A stretch of DNA of 64,000 nt from a virus (taxonomy: Duplodnaviria > Caudoviricetes), in the IMG/VR virus record IMGVR_UViG_3300014205_000170, positions 160,001-224,000 of that record. The stretch is one strand, 5' to 3'. The notes beneath the pieces were generated by a model. It was not told where the DNA came from and made no database searches. It saw only the letters and a program-made list of their open reading frames with translations. Numbering within the stretch: position 1 is the first letter of the stretch; each line of letters begins with the position of its first letter. Both the position numbers and the translations under genes were made by a program. Positions 19,342-29,401 of the stretch are shown piece after piece.

Positions 19342-22293
19342 TTACTTTTTTTCTTTTTTCACAATCACCTTAGCTTTATCTAACAACGTACTTATTTCAT
19401 TATTTTCAAATAAAAGTTCTGAAAACCTCTCATTTAATTCGTCCTTACCAAAATCCCCTTGAACACCATAATAAGGAACTTTGATTGTTAATCTATCTCC
19501 TCTTTCATCTAAAGCATATGCTATTATATTATTTAAATTCCCAGCAGAACTTATATCAATAAAACCATCATCATAATATCCATAAGATTGAGCATCTTTA
19601 ATAAAATCCACTAATTCTTTATAAGATATTTCAAATTCTAACATTTGTTTATCTTCTATTTTTTCTTCTCCTTTTTTCTTGGTTTTTACATTAGCCCATT
19701 CGGATTTACCAAGTAATTCAGATATTGGTCGGATAAACAATTTCCAATATTCATCTTCATCTGCCTGTCTTTGTGCATCTTCGACCGCTCTGACAAATGT
19801 TGTTTTAATATCATCAAGTAAAGAGTCATTATATCCGCCTTCTGCAAATTCTTCTGGATTATTTAACACATCTACCAATTGACTGTTAGTCATGGCTTGA
19901 ATTTGTTTTTTAAATCCTGGAGGGAAAGCTTTTTTAATAAGATATTTTACTCGTGCAGAATTTATTTGGTCTAAATCACTAAAATTATTATCTATACTTT
20001 CAAATGTATAGTCATAACTATGAAAATCTAATTCATAATTAGCTATAGATTTAGCTATGTCTTTTCCTCCCTCTCTAGCATTATCATCAAAAAAATCTAA
20101 CAAATCACTATCTTGCCAATCATCAAATCTTAATTTTATACTCTCATCAGTATAAGTAGTATAAACACCATTGTATTTTTTTAACCTTTCAATATCTTTA
20201 AATCTAACTGGATAAATTAAAGCATTAAAAAATTCAGGATGTTGTTTATAAATTTCAAAAACATATTGTTCTCCAAGTACTTCTTCTATTTCTTTAGCAA
20301 GAGTAAGTTGATATGATTCATCATTATTATTGTTTTCAAATAAATAAATAATTAATTCTTGTGTTTTTTCAGGTGATAATTTTAATCCTTGAATTGTATC
20401 AAATGTCAAATTGTTTAAAACTTCTTTTGAACTAATTAATTCATTTTTTTGAGCAGGTGAAAAATTAATTTTTTCCATCTCCTCATGAGAATATAAAGAT
20501 AAAATATTTAATTTCCCTTGAATTTCAGCATTTACAATTTTTTGTTTTTGTATAGGAGTTAAATTCCAATTATGTATATTTAATTTTTTATTATATTCAG
20601 AATATTGCTTAATCCAATCTAAATGATGGTCCACAATATATCTTCCTACTTTTTCCCACCCCTCTTCTTTTGTTTTTTCTAAAAGCTGAGCACCATAGAA
20701 TTCCATAGGATAATGCTGTATAAAAAATAAACCTAAATCAGCATCAAAATGAGGAGCTAATTGATTTAAATCTGGAACACTACTAAGAATTCCAAAAGGG
20801 TCATTATCTTTACTGTGATTTCTAATATAGTTTGATAATAATTCTGGTGTTAAAAATGCATTAAATACTATATAAGATATTCTACTTCTTCTAGAAAAAA
20901 GCTCAGGGTTTGAAATAAATAATGCACGAAGTCTATCTGGACCTAACAACTGTAAAATTTCTTTATCGTTTTTAACATCATTATACTCAAGCATGGAAAT
21001 ATAATGAGTAAATGCTTTTGGATAATGTTTTACTAAATAATCTTTTTGTTCATCACTTAAATACTCTAGAATATGTTTTGAAGTTGCAAACATTTCAGGT
21101 CTATTTTTAACTACCCAATTTAGAGTATCTTTATCTAAATTCATTTGGTCTAAAAATATTCCTTCTGAAACTTCCTTTTTAGATAAAGCTTTTTTTAGTT
21201 GTTCTTGATTAAATTTAACTGTTCCCCAATTTTGAACCCAAAACAATTTTGGAGCATTGTCTAGTGCCCAATTAACCATATCTTCATTTTGTAAAACGTC
21301 AGATAAAATCAAATTATCTGATATGTTTTCATATTTAAAAATATCTGGATATTTTAATAATAACATTTTTATATCCTCTAAAGACAAACGTTTTAAAACG
21401 CCCATTTGGTGTTTTAGTAGTGAAGGCTTTTTGAGAACAACATTTTTTAATTCAATATCATTTAAATCTTCAAGACGAAAATCAGTGTGTGGTTGATAAG
21501 TAGAATGGAAGTAATTAACATTTGGATTATCACCTAAAATAAAAGGAATAATATATTTGTGAAATTCTGCTTTAGGTTTTGTATTTGCTCTACCTTTCAT
21601 TTGAAGAACCACTCCAGATTCACTTACATCAGTAGTAATATATGGATACTGGTCTTTCCTTAAAGAATAAAGCATACCTCTACCACTACCACAATGTCCC
21701 ATAGCTGCTGCTTCTTTTTCACATTTTGCTCTTCCTAATTTTATCCAGTAAAATCCATCAGGGAAATTCATTACAATTTCACCATCTTCATCCTGGATTT
21801 TGCCACCTTGAATATCTTTTAGTGCCTCATGCCAAGCCTTACTTCTTAATGTAGCTTGCTGAAATGTTAAAGCTTTTAAATTCAATTGGTCTTGTTCTGG
21901 AGCTAATACAGTTCTATTTCTAAGCCAATCAAGTATGTGTTCATATTCAGGAGTGAATGCTTTAATAGCTTTTCGTATTTCTTCAATAACATTTCTTCGT
22001 TGAGGTGATAAGTTCCCATCTTTTTCAGATTTTTGAACTCCTGTATCCAATTCACCATTTTCGTCTATATAACCTATTTGAATTAATGTTTTCTTTAAAG
22101 AATCAGCTATCCAAATGGAATATTTATCAGATAAATTATGAGCCCAATCTGCTATCTCTTTTTGAAGTTCTTCCGGGAATTTAATTTTAGTAATAATAAC
22201 GTTACGCTTATCACCTTCTGAAATAAGATTTTCACTAGTAGGAACACCAGCTAATACCTTTAATCTTTGTTTAAACGTTTCAGACAATAACAT
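19342..22293 (-). CDS. Large protein with a PcfJ-like domain and a helical repeat region; putative virion-packaged protein
   Basis: EAAAMGHC...LYSLRK...QMKGRAN pattern; N-terminal LSETFKQRLKVLAGV. Confidence 0.6.
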   Translation of the reverse strand: MLLSETFKQRLKVLAGVPTSENLISEGDKRNVIITKIKFPEELQKEIADWAHNLSDKYSIWIADSLKKTLIQIGYIDENGELDTGVQKSEKDGNLSPQRRNVIEEIRKAIKAFTPEYEHILDWLRNRTVLAPEQDQLNLKALTFQQATLRSKAWHEALKDIQGGKIQDEDGEIVMNFPDGFYWIKLGRAKCEKEAAAMGHCGSGRGMLYSLRKDQYPYITTDVSESGVVLQMKGRANTKPKAEFHKYIIPFILGDNPNVNYFHSTYQPHTDFRLEDLNDIELKNVVLKKPSLLKHQMGVLKRLSLEDIKMLLLKYPDIFKYENISDNLILSDVLQNEDMVNWALDNAPKLFWVQNWGTVKFNQEQLKKALSKKEVSEGIFLDQMNLDKDTLNWVVKNRPEMFATSKHILEYLSDEQKDYLVKHYPKAFTHYISMLEYNDVKNDKEILQLLGPDRLRALFISNPELFSRRSRISYIVFNAFLTPELLSNYIRNHSKDNDPFGILSSVPDLNQLAPHFDADLGLFFIQHYPMEFYGAQLLEKTKEEGWEKVGRYIVDHHLDWIKQYSEYNKKLNIHNWNLTPIQKQKIVNAEIQGKLNILSLYSHEEMEKINFSPAQKNELISSKEVLNNLTFDTIQGLKLSPEKTQELIIYLFENNNNDESYQLTLAKEIEEVLGEQYVFEIYKQHPEFFNALIYPVRFKDIERLKKYNGVYTTYTDESIKLRFDDWQDSDLLDFFDDNAREGGKDIAKSIANYELDFHSYDYTFESIDNNFSDLDQINSARVKYLIKKAFPPGFKKQIQAMTNSQLVDVLNNPEEFAEGGYNDSLLDDIKTTFVRAVEDAQRQADEDEYWKLFIRPISELLGKSEWANVKTKKKGEEKIEDKQMLEFEISYKELVDFIKDAQSYGYYDDGFIDISSAGNLNNIIAYALDERGDRLTIKVPYYGVQGDFGKDELNERFSELLFENNEISTLLDKAKVIVKKEKK

Positions 22294-22346
22294 AATGTAA
22301 ATAAATAGCCTTTTTTTTACTTAAAATAAGCATATTTATATAGGAT

Positions 22347-22790
22347 ATGGAGAACAAAAAAATAGGTGCCGGAGTTATATTAATTGACAAAAAAACCGGC
22401 GATATTCTACTTGGAAGACGTTCATTTCAATCGCCATCTCCAAACACTTACAGTCCATTTGGTGGCACATTTGAACCAAAGGATGGCGACCCAAAAACAA
22501 CAGCAAAACGTGAATTTGGAGAAGAAACCGGTAGTAGTGAAGAATACGAAATATCAAAAACTCCATTTTATGTACAAGATTCCCCTAAATTAACCTTTTA
22601 TAGTTATTTAGGATTGGTAGACAGCAAATTTCCAGTACATATCAATAAAGAACACATAACATTTGGTTGGTTCCCAATAGAACATCTACCTTCTAATTTA
22701 CACCCAGGTTTTGCTAAACTTTTAAGTGATAAAAAATCGGAATTGGAAAATATAATCAACAAATTAAAGAAAAGTAATACAGATACGTAA
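22347..22790 (+). CDS. Nudix hydrolase
   Basis: Nudix box GGTFEPKDGDPKTTAKREFGEETG. Confidence 0.9.
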   Translation: MENKKIGAGVILIDKKTGDILLGRRSFQSPSPNTYSPFGGTFEPKDGDPKTTAKREFGEETGSSEEYEISKTPFYVQDSPKLTFYSYLGLVDSKFPVHINKEHITFGWFPIEHLPSNLHPGFAKLLSDKKSELENIINKLKKSNTDT

Positions 22791-23036
22791 TTATTTTACG
22801 TATTCATTGAACCATTTCGTAAGTTCTCGACCATTAATGACTATATTATTTTTATAGGCAAAATGACCTATACCATCGTATAAAATCTGAAAGGCATCTT
22901 TTTTAGAAAATTGTTTTGGAGAATTTTTGTCACAAAATTCAGCTCCAGCTTTAAAACAGTTTCTATTTCTATTGTCTAAAGTTTTTTCGTGTTTTCTTGC
23001 AGCTTGTTCTATTTTTTTACCAAAGGACTTGTTCAT
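22791..23036 (-). CDS. Hypothetical protein
   Basis: 81 aa ORF. Confidence 0.55.
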   Translation of the reverse strand: MNKSFGKKIEQAARKHEKTLDNRNRNCFKAGAEFCDKNSPKQFSKKDAFQILYDGIGHFAYKNNIVINGRELTKWFNEYVK

Positions 23037-23060
23037 AATTATTCTATTATCATTTTTATG

Positions 23061-23807
23061 TTATTGTTGATTTATAGTTTCATTTACTCTTTGAAGGCAG
23101 ATTTCAAAATATTTTTCTTCTTTTTCCATCATGATATAATTACGTTTTAGATTCTTTGCTGCAAGTCCAGTAGTTCCACTACCGGCACACGTATCTAAAA
23201 CAACATCTCCTTCGTTTGTATAAGTTTTAATTAAATATTCCATTAAAGCAAGCGGCTTTTGAGTTGTATGTAAACAACTCTTTTGTTTATCACTAGCAAA
23301 CTTTATTACGCTACGTGGAAACCTATCTGTATCACCACCACCTGAAATTTCACGATTCATTCTGCCGTATAATTCAGTATTATTTTGAGTTTCAATATAT
23401 TTAGTATAACTATTAATTGGCTTATGGCCTTTTGTTTTTTGAGGATTATATGTTGGTAAATCTTTGTAAAACACCAAAATATTTTCATGAGCTTTCATTG
23501 GCATTTTTTTAGCATTCAAATGTCCTGTCGCTTGAGTTTTTTCCCATATCCATTCATACTTCAACATTTCAAGATTACTTGCACCCAATACTTTATCAAA
23601 TGGAGTTTGAGCTGTTAATACTATTGCCCCATTTGATTTTATAATTCTTTTATATTGAATCCAAAGCTGTACTAAATCAATAGGACTATCCCATCTGCAT
23701 TTTGTCGTCCCATAAGGCAAATCTGCGAGAATCATATCAATACTGTTATCTTTTATTGACTTCATTAATTCTAAGCAATCACCTAAATATGTTTTATTAA
23801 TTTGCAT
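23061..23807 (-). CDS. Orphan DNA methyltransferase (N6A/N4C, beta class)
   Basis: DLPY catalytic motif, HTTQKP, VLDTCAGSGTT. Confidence 0.93.
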   Translation of the reverse strand: MQINKTYLGDCLELMKSIKDNSIDMILADLPYGTTKCRWDSPIDLVQLWIQYKRIIKSNGAIVLTAQTPFDKVLGASNLEMLKYEWIWEKTQATGHLNAKKMPMKAHENILVFYKDLPTYNPQKTKGHKPINSYTKYIETQNNTELYGRMNREISGGGDTDRFPRSVIKFASDKQKSCLHTTQKPLALMEYLIKTYTNEGDVVLDTCAGSGTTGLAAKNLKRNYIMMEKEEKYFEICLQRVNETINQQ

Positions 23808-23810
23808 ATT

Positions 23811-24308
23811 TTAAGCTCTTCCTTCTACTTCTGCATTTCCATTATGTCCTTGGAATTCTTGTATCTCCTGTCTAGCCTCACCTCCTGCATCTCGTTCTTC
23901 TATTAACTCATCCATTAAAACGTTCAAATCTTCATCTGTTGTAATTTCAGCTTCGCCTTCCATAGGGCCATCATCATTCGCTGCATCAGTATACTCTTCT
24001 TTTTTCATACATTCTTCATCATTATAATATTGAGGTTCTCCATCAAATTCAATTTTATAAGTAGAATTTTGTGTTTCAAAAATACCAGCTTCTTCATTAA
24101 TTTCTTTAATAGCAGATGTGTAAAATTCAATACTTCCATTTTCTTTGCATAAGTACAAATTACTACCCGTTCTAAATTCACTTAGTATACCGGAAATTGT
24201 AAAACCCTCATTTATTCCTAAAGGATGATTGCCATCAAATTTGTCATCAATTATTTTGGTTATAATAACCTTCTGATTTAAAAATTTATTCTTTGTTGCT
24301 TTTTTCAT
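23811..24308 (-). CDS. Hypothetical protein with an acidic tail
   Basis: 165 aa ORF. Confidence 0.65.
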   Translation of the reverse strand: MKKATKNKFLNQKVIITKIIDDKFDGNHPLGINEGFTISGILSEFRTGSNLYLCKENGSIEFYTSAIKEINEEAGIFETQNSTYKIEFDGEPQYYNDEECMKKEEYTDAANDDGPMEGEAEITTDEDLNVLMDELIEERDAGGEARQEIQEFQGHNGNAEVEGRA

Positions 24309-24319
24309 TTGTTTGTTTA

Positions 24320-24769
24320 TTATGTTGTGTGAATACTTTCTAAAATAAATTGCAATTCAAATCCTGCTTTACACGCAGTTGCTTTAAATCCACCCGTTGA
24401 AACATAACTAGGTTCTTCTTCGTATCTATATTTTCTTACTTCTTCTAATAAATATATAGCAGTAGCTTTCAAATCTTCTATGGATGGGAGTTGTTGATTT
24501 ATTCCCCAAGTCCAATTAATGGCCTTCATAACAAAATGTGTTTTTTCAAAATCAAAATTTCTAAGTATATATTCAATTTGAACATCATCTTCTTCGGTAT
24601 TTATTTTTTTGATAAATTTCCCATTTCTATACCATACTAATTGCCCTGTATCATAAATAACAGCTGGACCATTATTTCTATGAAATTTACCTTCACTATT
24701 CTTCCAATAAGACATTCCTTTTTGTTGGTGATACCCAATTGGAAATTTTTCAAAAATTACAAATCTCAT
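24320..24769 (-). CDS. Hypothetical protein with an HRxxGPA repeat and an N-terminal RxVhhEK motif
   Basis: MRFVIFEK; FHRNNGPAVI. Confidence 0.7.
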   Translation of the reverse strand: MRFVIFEKFPIGYHQQKGMSYWKNSEGKFHRNNGPAVIYDTGQLVWYRNGKFIKKINTEEDDVQIEYILRNFDFEKTHFVMKAINWTWGINQQLPSIEDLKATAIYLLEEVRKYRYEEEPSYVSTGGFKATACKAGFELQFILESIHTT

Positions 24770-24861
24770 TACACAAACAAAAAGAAAAAAATCAAATAAT
24801 CAAAATTTTCATATGATTTTTCTATTATGGATATTAGTCACCTTTAGTGTACCAATAAAAT

Positions 24862-24898
24862 AAAAAAGCGCACACCCCAGACGAGAAGTGTGCGCTTT
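24862..24898 (-). terminator. Intrinsic terminator after pepF
   Basis: AAAGCGCACAC...GTGTGCGCTTT inverted repeat with a T tract on the minus strand. Confidence 0.75.
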
Positions 24899-24914
24899 AA
24901 TAAAGAAGCTTTTA

Positions 24915-26675
24915 TTACTCTAGTTGTTTAATTAAATTTTCAATATTTTCATAAGCAATTTTATAAAAATTATTATCAAATTTTATATTAAATATACTGT
25001 TTAGTAAATTTTCAGGAGTATCTGAGCCTCCGGCAGCTAATAATCTATGGTATTTTTCAATAAACTCTTCTTTATTAATTGAATTTTTATAATTCTGATA
25101 AAGATTTAAACTTATAATATTCCCGAAAGCATAAGTGTAACAATAAAAAGGTGTTTCAAAAATATGAGGTATGGATGACCAGCCATATTCAACAACTTTA
25201 GAATCTATAAGAATATTATCTCCAAATAACTTCTTGGTTTCATCTAACCACATTCTGTTATAATCTTCGTAAGTTAAAGGTTCGTTTTTAGCAAATGATT
25301 CATGACATTTTTTCTCAAAAGAAACATAAGATATTTGTCTTGAAATTGTTGCAAAAATATCATTTAGTCTTTCGCATATTAAAATTCTCTTTTGCTCTTT
25401 ATCGTTAATTGAATCAAGCAGAGTTTCAAACATTAAAGTTTCATTAAAAATAGAAGCCGTTTCTGCTAAGGTTAAAGGGGCATGAAAAACACAATCTTTT
25501 TGTTTTCTTGCCAATCTTCCATGAAATGCGTGACCTAATTCATGAGCAAGAGTTGTAACATCCTTTGTTGTATTTGCCCAATTTAAAAGAATAAACTCCG
25601 GTAAAAATTTTGAATACTGAGCATAAGCTCCATTAGATTTACCTTTTTTTGGAAAAACTGATATTCGCCCACCTTCTAACATATCCTGGGAAAACGTTAA
25701 TAGCGATGGGTCCACCTGACTTATTGTATCACAATACAATTTCCACCCATCTTCAAATAAAAATTTTTCTTCAGACTTTTCCGTTGTGATTGGTGCAAAC
25801 ACATCGAAAATGTTCATTTTTTCAATATTTAAAATTTTTGCTTTTATATCTAAAAACTTATGGTATAATTCATAAGAATTATTTTCCAAAAGAGTATTTA
25901 CAGCTTCATCAGAAACTTCTTCAGAAGAATTTCTTGCGCTCATAACTGTTTTAAAATTTCTCAACTCCATATTTGCTACGGATTCCTTACAAACAGTGCT
26001 GTATAGATTTCCTAAAACGATTTGATTCTGTTTTGTATTATAAACTTTAGCTAGAGATTCAAAAGCCTTCTGTCTTATTTCTCTGTTTGGACTTTTTCTT
26101 AAAGCTCGAATTTCATCCTCTGTCATTTGTTTTCCATCTACTTCAAATTCCAATGACGTTATAAACTCTTCTCTCAACCCAGAAGATGAAGCATTAGTAA
26201 GTTTGATATAAACTTTTTCTTGATTTTCTTCAAGCATATGCTTTAAATCATTAGCAATTCTAATGAGACTGTTTTTGAAAGAAAAAAACATTTCCATATT
26301 TGACATAGAAATTATACTCTCATATCCCATCTGTTTATATGCTTCATTAATGAAAAGAAATTTTTCACTAAATTCAGAATAAATTTTTTCCATTTTGGAA
26401 ATAATTTTCTGCACTTCTTGATTTTGAGTGTCTAAAGATTGAGTAAGACTTAAGAAAACAAAAATCTTATTAATTTCTTTAGTTAATTCATCTTCTTCTT
26501 CCAAAAAGATTAAAAAATCTTCTTTACTCAAAGAAACCAAGGAGTTTAAATTGTATTTTTCTAGAAATTTATTGGATTTGCTTTTAAATAAATTTAAATC
26601 AGATTCTAATTTTTTATCAGTTATTCCTGAGTAAAAATATTTATCTAATTGCCATTCTGTATTAAGATTATTCAT
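24915..26675 (-). CDS. pepF: Oligoendopeptidase F (M3B family)
   Basis: HELGHAFH zinc motif, LAETASIFNE, IPHIFETPFYCYTYAFG. Confidence 0.92.
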   Translation of the reverse strand: MNNLNTEWQLDKYFYSGITDKKLESDLNLFKSKSNKFLEKYNLNSLVSLSKEDFLIFLEEEDELTKEINKIFVFLSLTQSLDTQNQEVQKIISKMEKIYSEFSEKFLFINEAYKQMGYESIISMSNMEMFFSFKNSLIRIANDLKHMLEENQEKVYIKLTNASSSGLREEFITSLEFEVDGKQMTEDEIRALRKSPNREIRQKAFESLAKVYNTKQNQIVLGNLYSTVCKESVANMELRNFKTVMSARNSSEEVSDEAVNTLLENNSYELYHKFLDIKAKILNIEKMNIFDVFAPITTEKSEEKFLFEDGWKLYCDTISQVDPSLLTFSQDMLEGGRISVFPKKGKSNGAYAQYSKFLPEFILLNWANTTKDVTTLAHELGHAFHGRLARKQKDCVFHAPLTLAETASIFNETLMFETLLDSINDKEQKRILICERLNDIFATISRQISYVSFEKKCHESFAKNEPLTYEDYNRMWLDETKKLFGDNILIDSKVVEYGWSSIPHIFETPFYCYTYAFGNIISLNLYQNYKNSINKEEFIEKYHRLLAAGGSDTPENLLNSIFNIKFDNNFYKIAYENIENLIKQLE

Positions 26676-26713
26676 TTTATATGTTTATTTGTTGTTACAC
26701 AAATATACATTTT

Positions 26714-28558
26714 TTAATGAATAAACAGATGTGAATTTAGTTTTTTTATATTTAAAGAAATCAATTTTTGGTCATTAAACTCATATGCTCCGGCATATTT
26801 ATTAATGATTGTCTCTCTATTTGAAAATCCTCTACTTCGAGGAGAAATAATAACGAGAGGCGCTGCTTGAGCTGATTTAAATACTGAAATCATAGATTTA
26901 TGATAACACATATCAACAGCATCAATAAATTGTTTTTCAGTTACTTTTTCATATATAGTACTTCCATCTGGATAATTTGGAAAATAATCCATGTTTAAAG
27001 TTTTATTCTGATATTCTGCTATTAAATCAATTAAATCTTTTCTGTCTCTAATAATCTCAGCACAAATACCAGACACTAACCAATAATCAAAAGGGTCTTC
27101 ATTTGCATCGGCAAGTTCAGCAGCAGGCTTTGTGCTGCCATCATAAAGATTTACTGGTACAATGTCTTTATTGAATCTTTTGTTAATATACGCAGCCAAT
27201 TGGAAAATTTCCATTTTGGTCATATCTCCAACAATTGAATGCACTCCTATTGAACCTATATCATGAAAATTTGCCCATCCCAAAACAACTTCAGTATGAT
27301 TACCGGTTGCTACTATACCAGTACCGAACAGATGTGACGCTGATAGTCCTTGTACGGTTCTACCAACAGCTTGCATACATGATTTTGAGCCATTACTAGG
27401 GTCTACACCAAAACCTTCTTTAAAACTCTCCTGTAAAGCCTTATATGGCTTTTCCATAGAATTCCAATAAAGTTTAACACCAAGTATGTCACAAGTTAAT
27501 TGAGCATTCGTTCTTGTAACATTTCCATTATCTTGTGTTGGGTTAGAAATAGCAACTACATTTTCTCTTCCCATGGCCTCAACAACAATAGGTAGCACCA
27601 CTGAACTATCTATACCGCCAGACATGTGTACTTGAGCTTTTTTAATTCCCAATAGTGAAAATAATTCTTTTTGTTCAAAAACAAGAGCATCAAATATCTC
27701 TTTGTTTTTATCAACAAGAATGTCTCGCATTTTATTAGGATTACTTGTGTGTGCTTTTGTTTTATCGCGAAATAAATCAAGCTCAACAGTAGTAAATTCC
27801 TCTTTAAATTGCTCAGCCATATGTATGAGATTACCATATTGGTCATACACCATTGAACCACCGTCATATATCATGATATTTTTTACAATATCACCAACAC
27901 CAACAGCATTCACAGATACAAATGGAATTTCTTTTTCAAAAGCATGTGTACTTAAAAGTTCTCTACGAACTTCTTGTTTGCCATAATAAAAATAACTTTG
28001 GTTTGGACATAAGATAATTTGTGCACCAGCATATTTCATCTTTTGTACAACATCTTCCATGTGGTCTGTATTCCAAACATCTTCACATATAGGAGTTCCA
28101 ATAACTAATTTTTCTCCGCGTATATTAACATCAAATACTTTTACGTGAGTTCCTGGCGTAAAATACTTTCTATCTTCATGGTGAGAACCATTTGCTAAAA
28201 GTATTTTATCATATGTCCCAACTATTTTTTGATTTTGAATGACTGCCACTGAATTTCTAATTTCAGGATATCCATCTTTGGTTTTTCCGTACTTATCAAC
28301 GAAACCAATAATTACAACAAGGTTTTTTGGAACTAAAGGAATAATGTTTTTTTCAAGAAATTTTATATTGAAATCGATAAAATGTTCCTGATTAAACAGT
28401 GCACCACAACAATATCCCGTAATGGCCGTTTCCGGAAAAAGTACTATGTCAGACCCAGCCTCAACAGCTTTGTTGATAGCATCAACAATTCTATCTGTAT
28501 TTCCAGACAAATCACCGGTAACGGTTTTAATTTGTGCGAGTGATACTTTTACTTTCAT
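26714..28558 (-). CDS. nadE: Glutamine-dependent NAD+ synthetase
   Basis: N-terminal nitrilase domain (FPE, YDK, ICED) plus synthetase domain (SGGIDS, TGNHTE, KPAAEL). Confidence 0.93.
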   Translation of the reverse strand: MKVKVSLAQIKTVTGDLSGNTDRIVDAINKAVEAGSDIVLFPETAITGYCCGALFNQEHFIDFNIKFLEKNIIPLVPKNLVVIIGFVDKYGKTKDGYPEIRNSVAVIQNQKIVGTYDKILLANGSHHEDRKYFTPGTHVKVFDVNIRGEKLVIGTPICEDVWNTDHMEDVVQKMKYAGAQIILCPNQSYFYYGKQEVRRELLSTHAFEKEIPFVSVNAVGVGDIVKNIMIYDGGSMVYDQYGNLIHMAEQFKEEFTTVELDLFRDKTKAHTSNPNKMRDILVDKNKEIFDALVFEQKELFSLLGIKKAQVHMSGGIDSSVVLPIVVEAMGRENVVAISNPTQDNGNVTRTNAQLTCDILGVKLYWNSMEKPYKALQESFKEGFGVDPSNGSKSCMQAVGRTVQGLSASHLFGTGIVATGNHTEVVLGWANFHDIGSIGVHSIVGDMTKMEIFQLAAYINKRFNKDIVPVNLYDGSTKPAAELADANEDPFDYWLVSGICAEIIRDRKDLIDLIAEYQNKTLNMDYFPNYPDGSTIYEKVTEKQFIDAVDMCYHKSMISVFKSAQAAPLVIISPRSRGFSNRETIINKYAGAYEFNDQKLISLNIKKLNSHLFIH

Positions 28559-28736
28559 TTTTTGATAATTTTGGGCGTTCGTATTTAACTTTTCCAGTAA
28601 CCTTCATCCAAGAAAGAAGTAATTCACATAAAGTTTGATTGTCTGCTATGCCACCATGCTTTGCCATTTGATAGCGTACTTCTCTACAGACTCTTTCTGC
28701 TTTTTCGTCTCTTTTTTGTTTTTGCGTCTTTGCCAT
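28527..28736 (-). CDS. Small hypothetical protein (MAKTQKQ...)
   Basis: ATG at 28736 preferred over the upstream GTG start; overlaps the nadE start. Confidence 0.6.
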   Translation of the reverse strand: MAKTQKQKRDEKAERVCREVRYQMAKHGGIADNQTLCELLLSWMKVTGKVKYERPKLSKNESKSITRTN

Positions 28737-28747
28737 AAAAAAAAGTA

Positions 28748-28902
28748 TTGATTCACTTGTGTTGTTCTGATGAGCGTAACCCAATACTAACTCCAAGTGT
28801 TTGTTTAAAGCTTCTGGTATAACAGTTATGGCACAAAGGCGTGTTCCCACTCTCTACAAATTCGTTAACACTAAATTACGATACCTTTCGGCTGTGAATC
28901 AA
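28748..28902 (-). ncRNA. Candidate structured leader RNA upstream of the nadE operon
   Basis: 9-bp closing inverted repeat TTGATTCAC/GTGAATCAA, two GNRA hairpins (GCC-GAAA-GGT and GTG-GGAA-CAC), locally higher GC, directly downstream of an ECF-type promoter. Confidence 0.45.
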
Positions 28903-28923
28903 CATTTTAAATAACTTTATAAT

Positions 28924-28952
28924 TTAAACGAAATTTTAAGAAATTTGTTACG
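28924..28952 (-). promoter_or_regulatory. ECF-type promoter CGTAAC-N16-CGTTTAA
   Basis: Exact 16-nt spacer. Confidence 0.7.
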
Positions 28953-29397
28953 CTAATACATTTTTAGCAATCAAACTCAATTCTTTGCCATCATATTGAC
29001 CATCGTATTGAGCTTTAAAATGTGACATAATTTTCCCCATATCAGTTTTTCCTAGAGAATTATCGGTAACATATTTTTTCGAAATTTCTTCCATTTCTTC
29101 TTTTGATAATTGTTTTGGCATAACCTTTAATAAATAAGAATTAATGACATTGAGTTCTGTAGTTTCTTTTTCTAGCAATGCCACATTACCGGCATTCTTA
29201 AATTGAAGAATGCTGTCTTCTCTTTGTTTTACAAGGGGCTTTAAAGCTTTGATGTAGTTAATCTCTTGATTTGGATTTTCTTTTTCAAATTTATCAATAG
29301 CTGCTTTTGTAGCGCGGATTGCTTCTAGCTTAGAAGTGTTTTTTTCCTTCATTGCTACTTTTAAGTCTTCAAGAACTTGTGATTTTATATTTTCCAT
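28948..29397 (-). CDS. GatB/YqeY domain protein
   Basis: LKVAMKEK...VKQREDSILQF...YL...PKQLS...DMGKIM...DGKELS pattern. Confidence 0.88.
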   Translation of the reverse strand: MENIKSQVLEDLKVAMKEKNTSKLEAIRATKAAIDKFEKENPNQEINYIKALKPLVKQREDSILQFKNAGNVALLEKETTELNVINSYLLKVMPKQLSKEEMEEISKKYVTDNSLGKTDMGKIMSHFKAQYDGQYDGKELSLIAKNVLA

Positions 29398-29401
29398 TAT
29401 T

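Noticed and set aside
28767-28800. Hammerhead ribozyme core (CTGATGAG on the + strand)
   Set aside because: The required GAAA after stem II is absent (CAAG instead).
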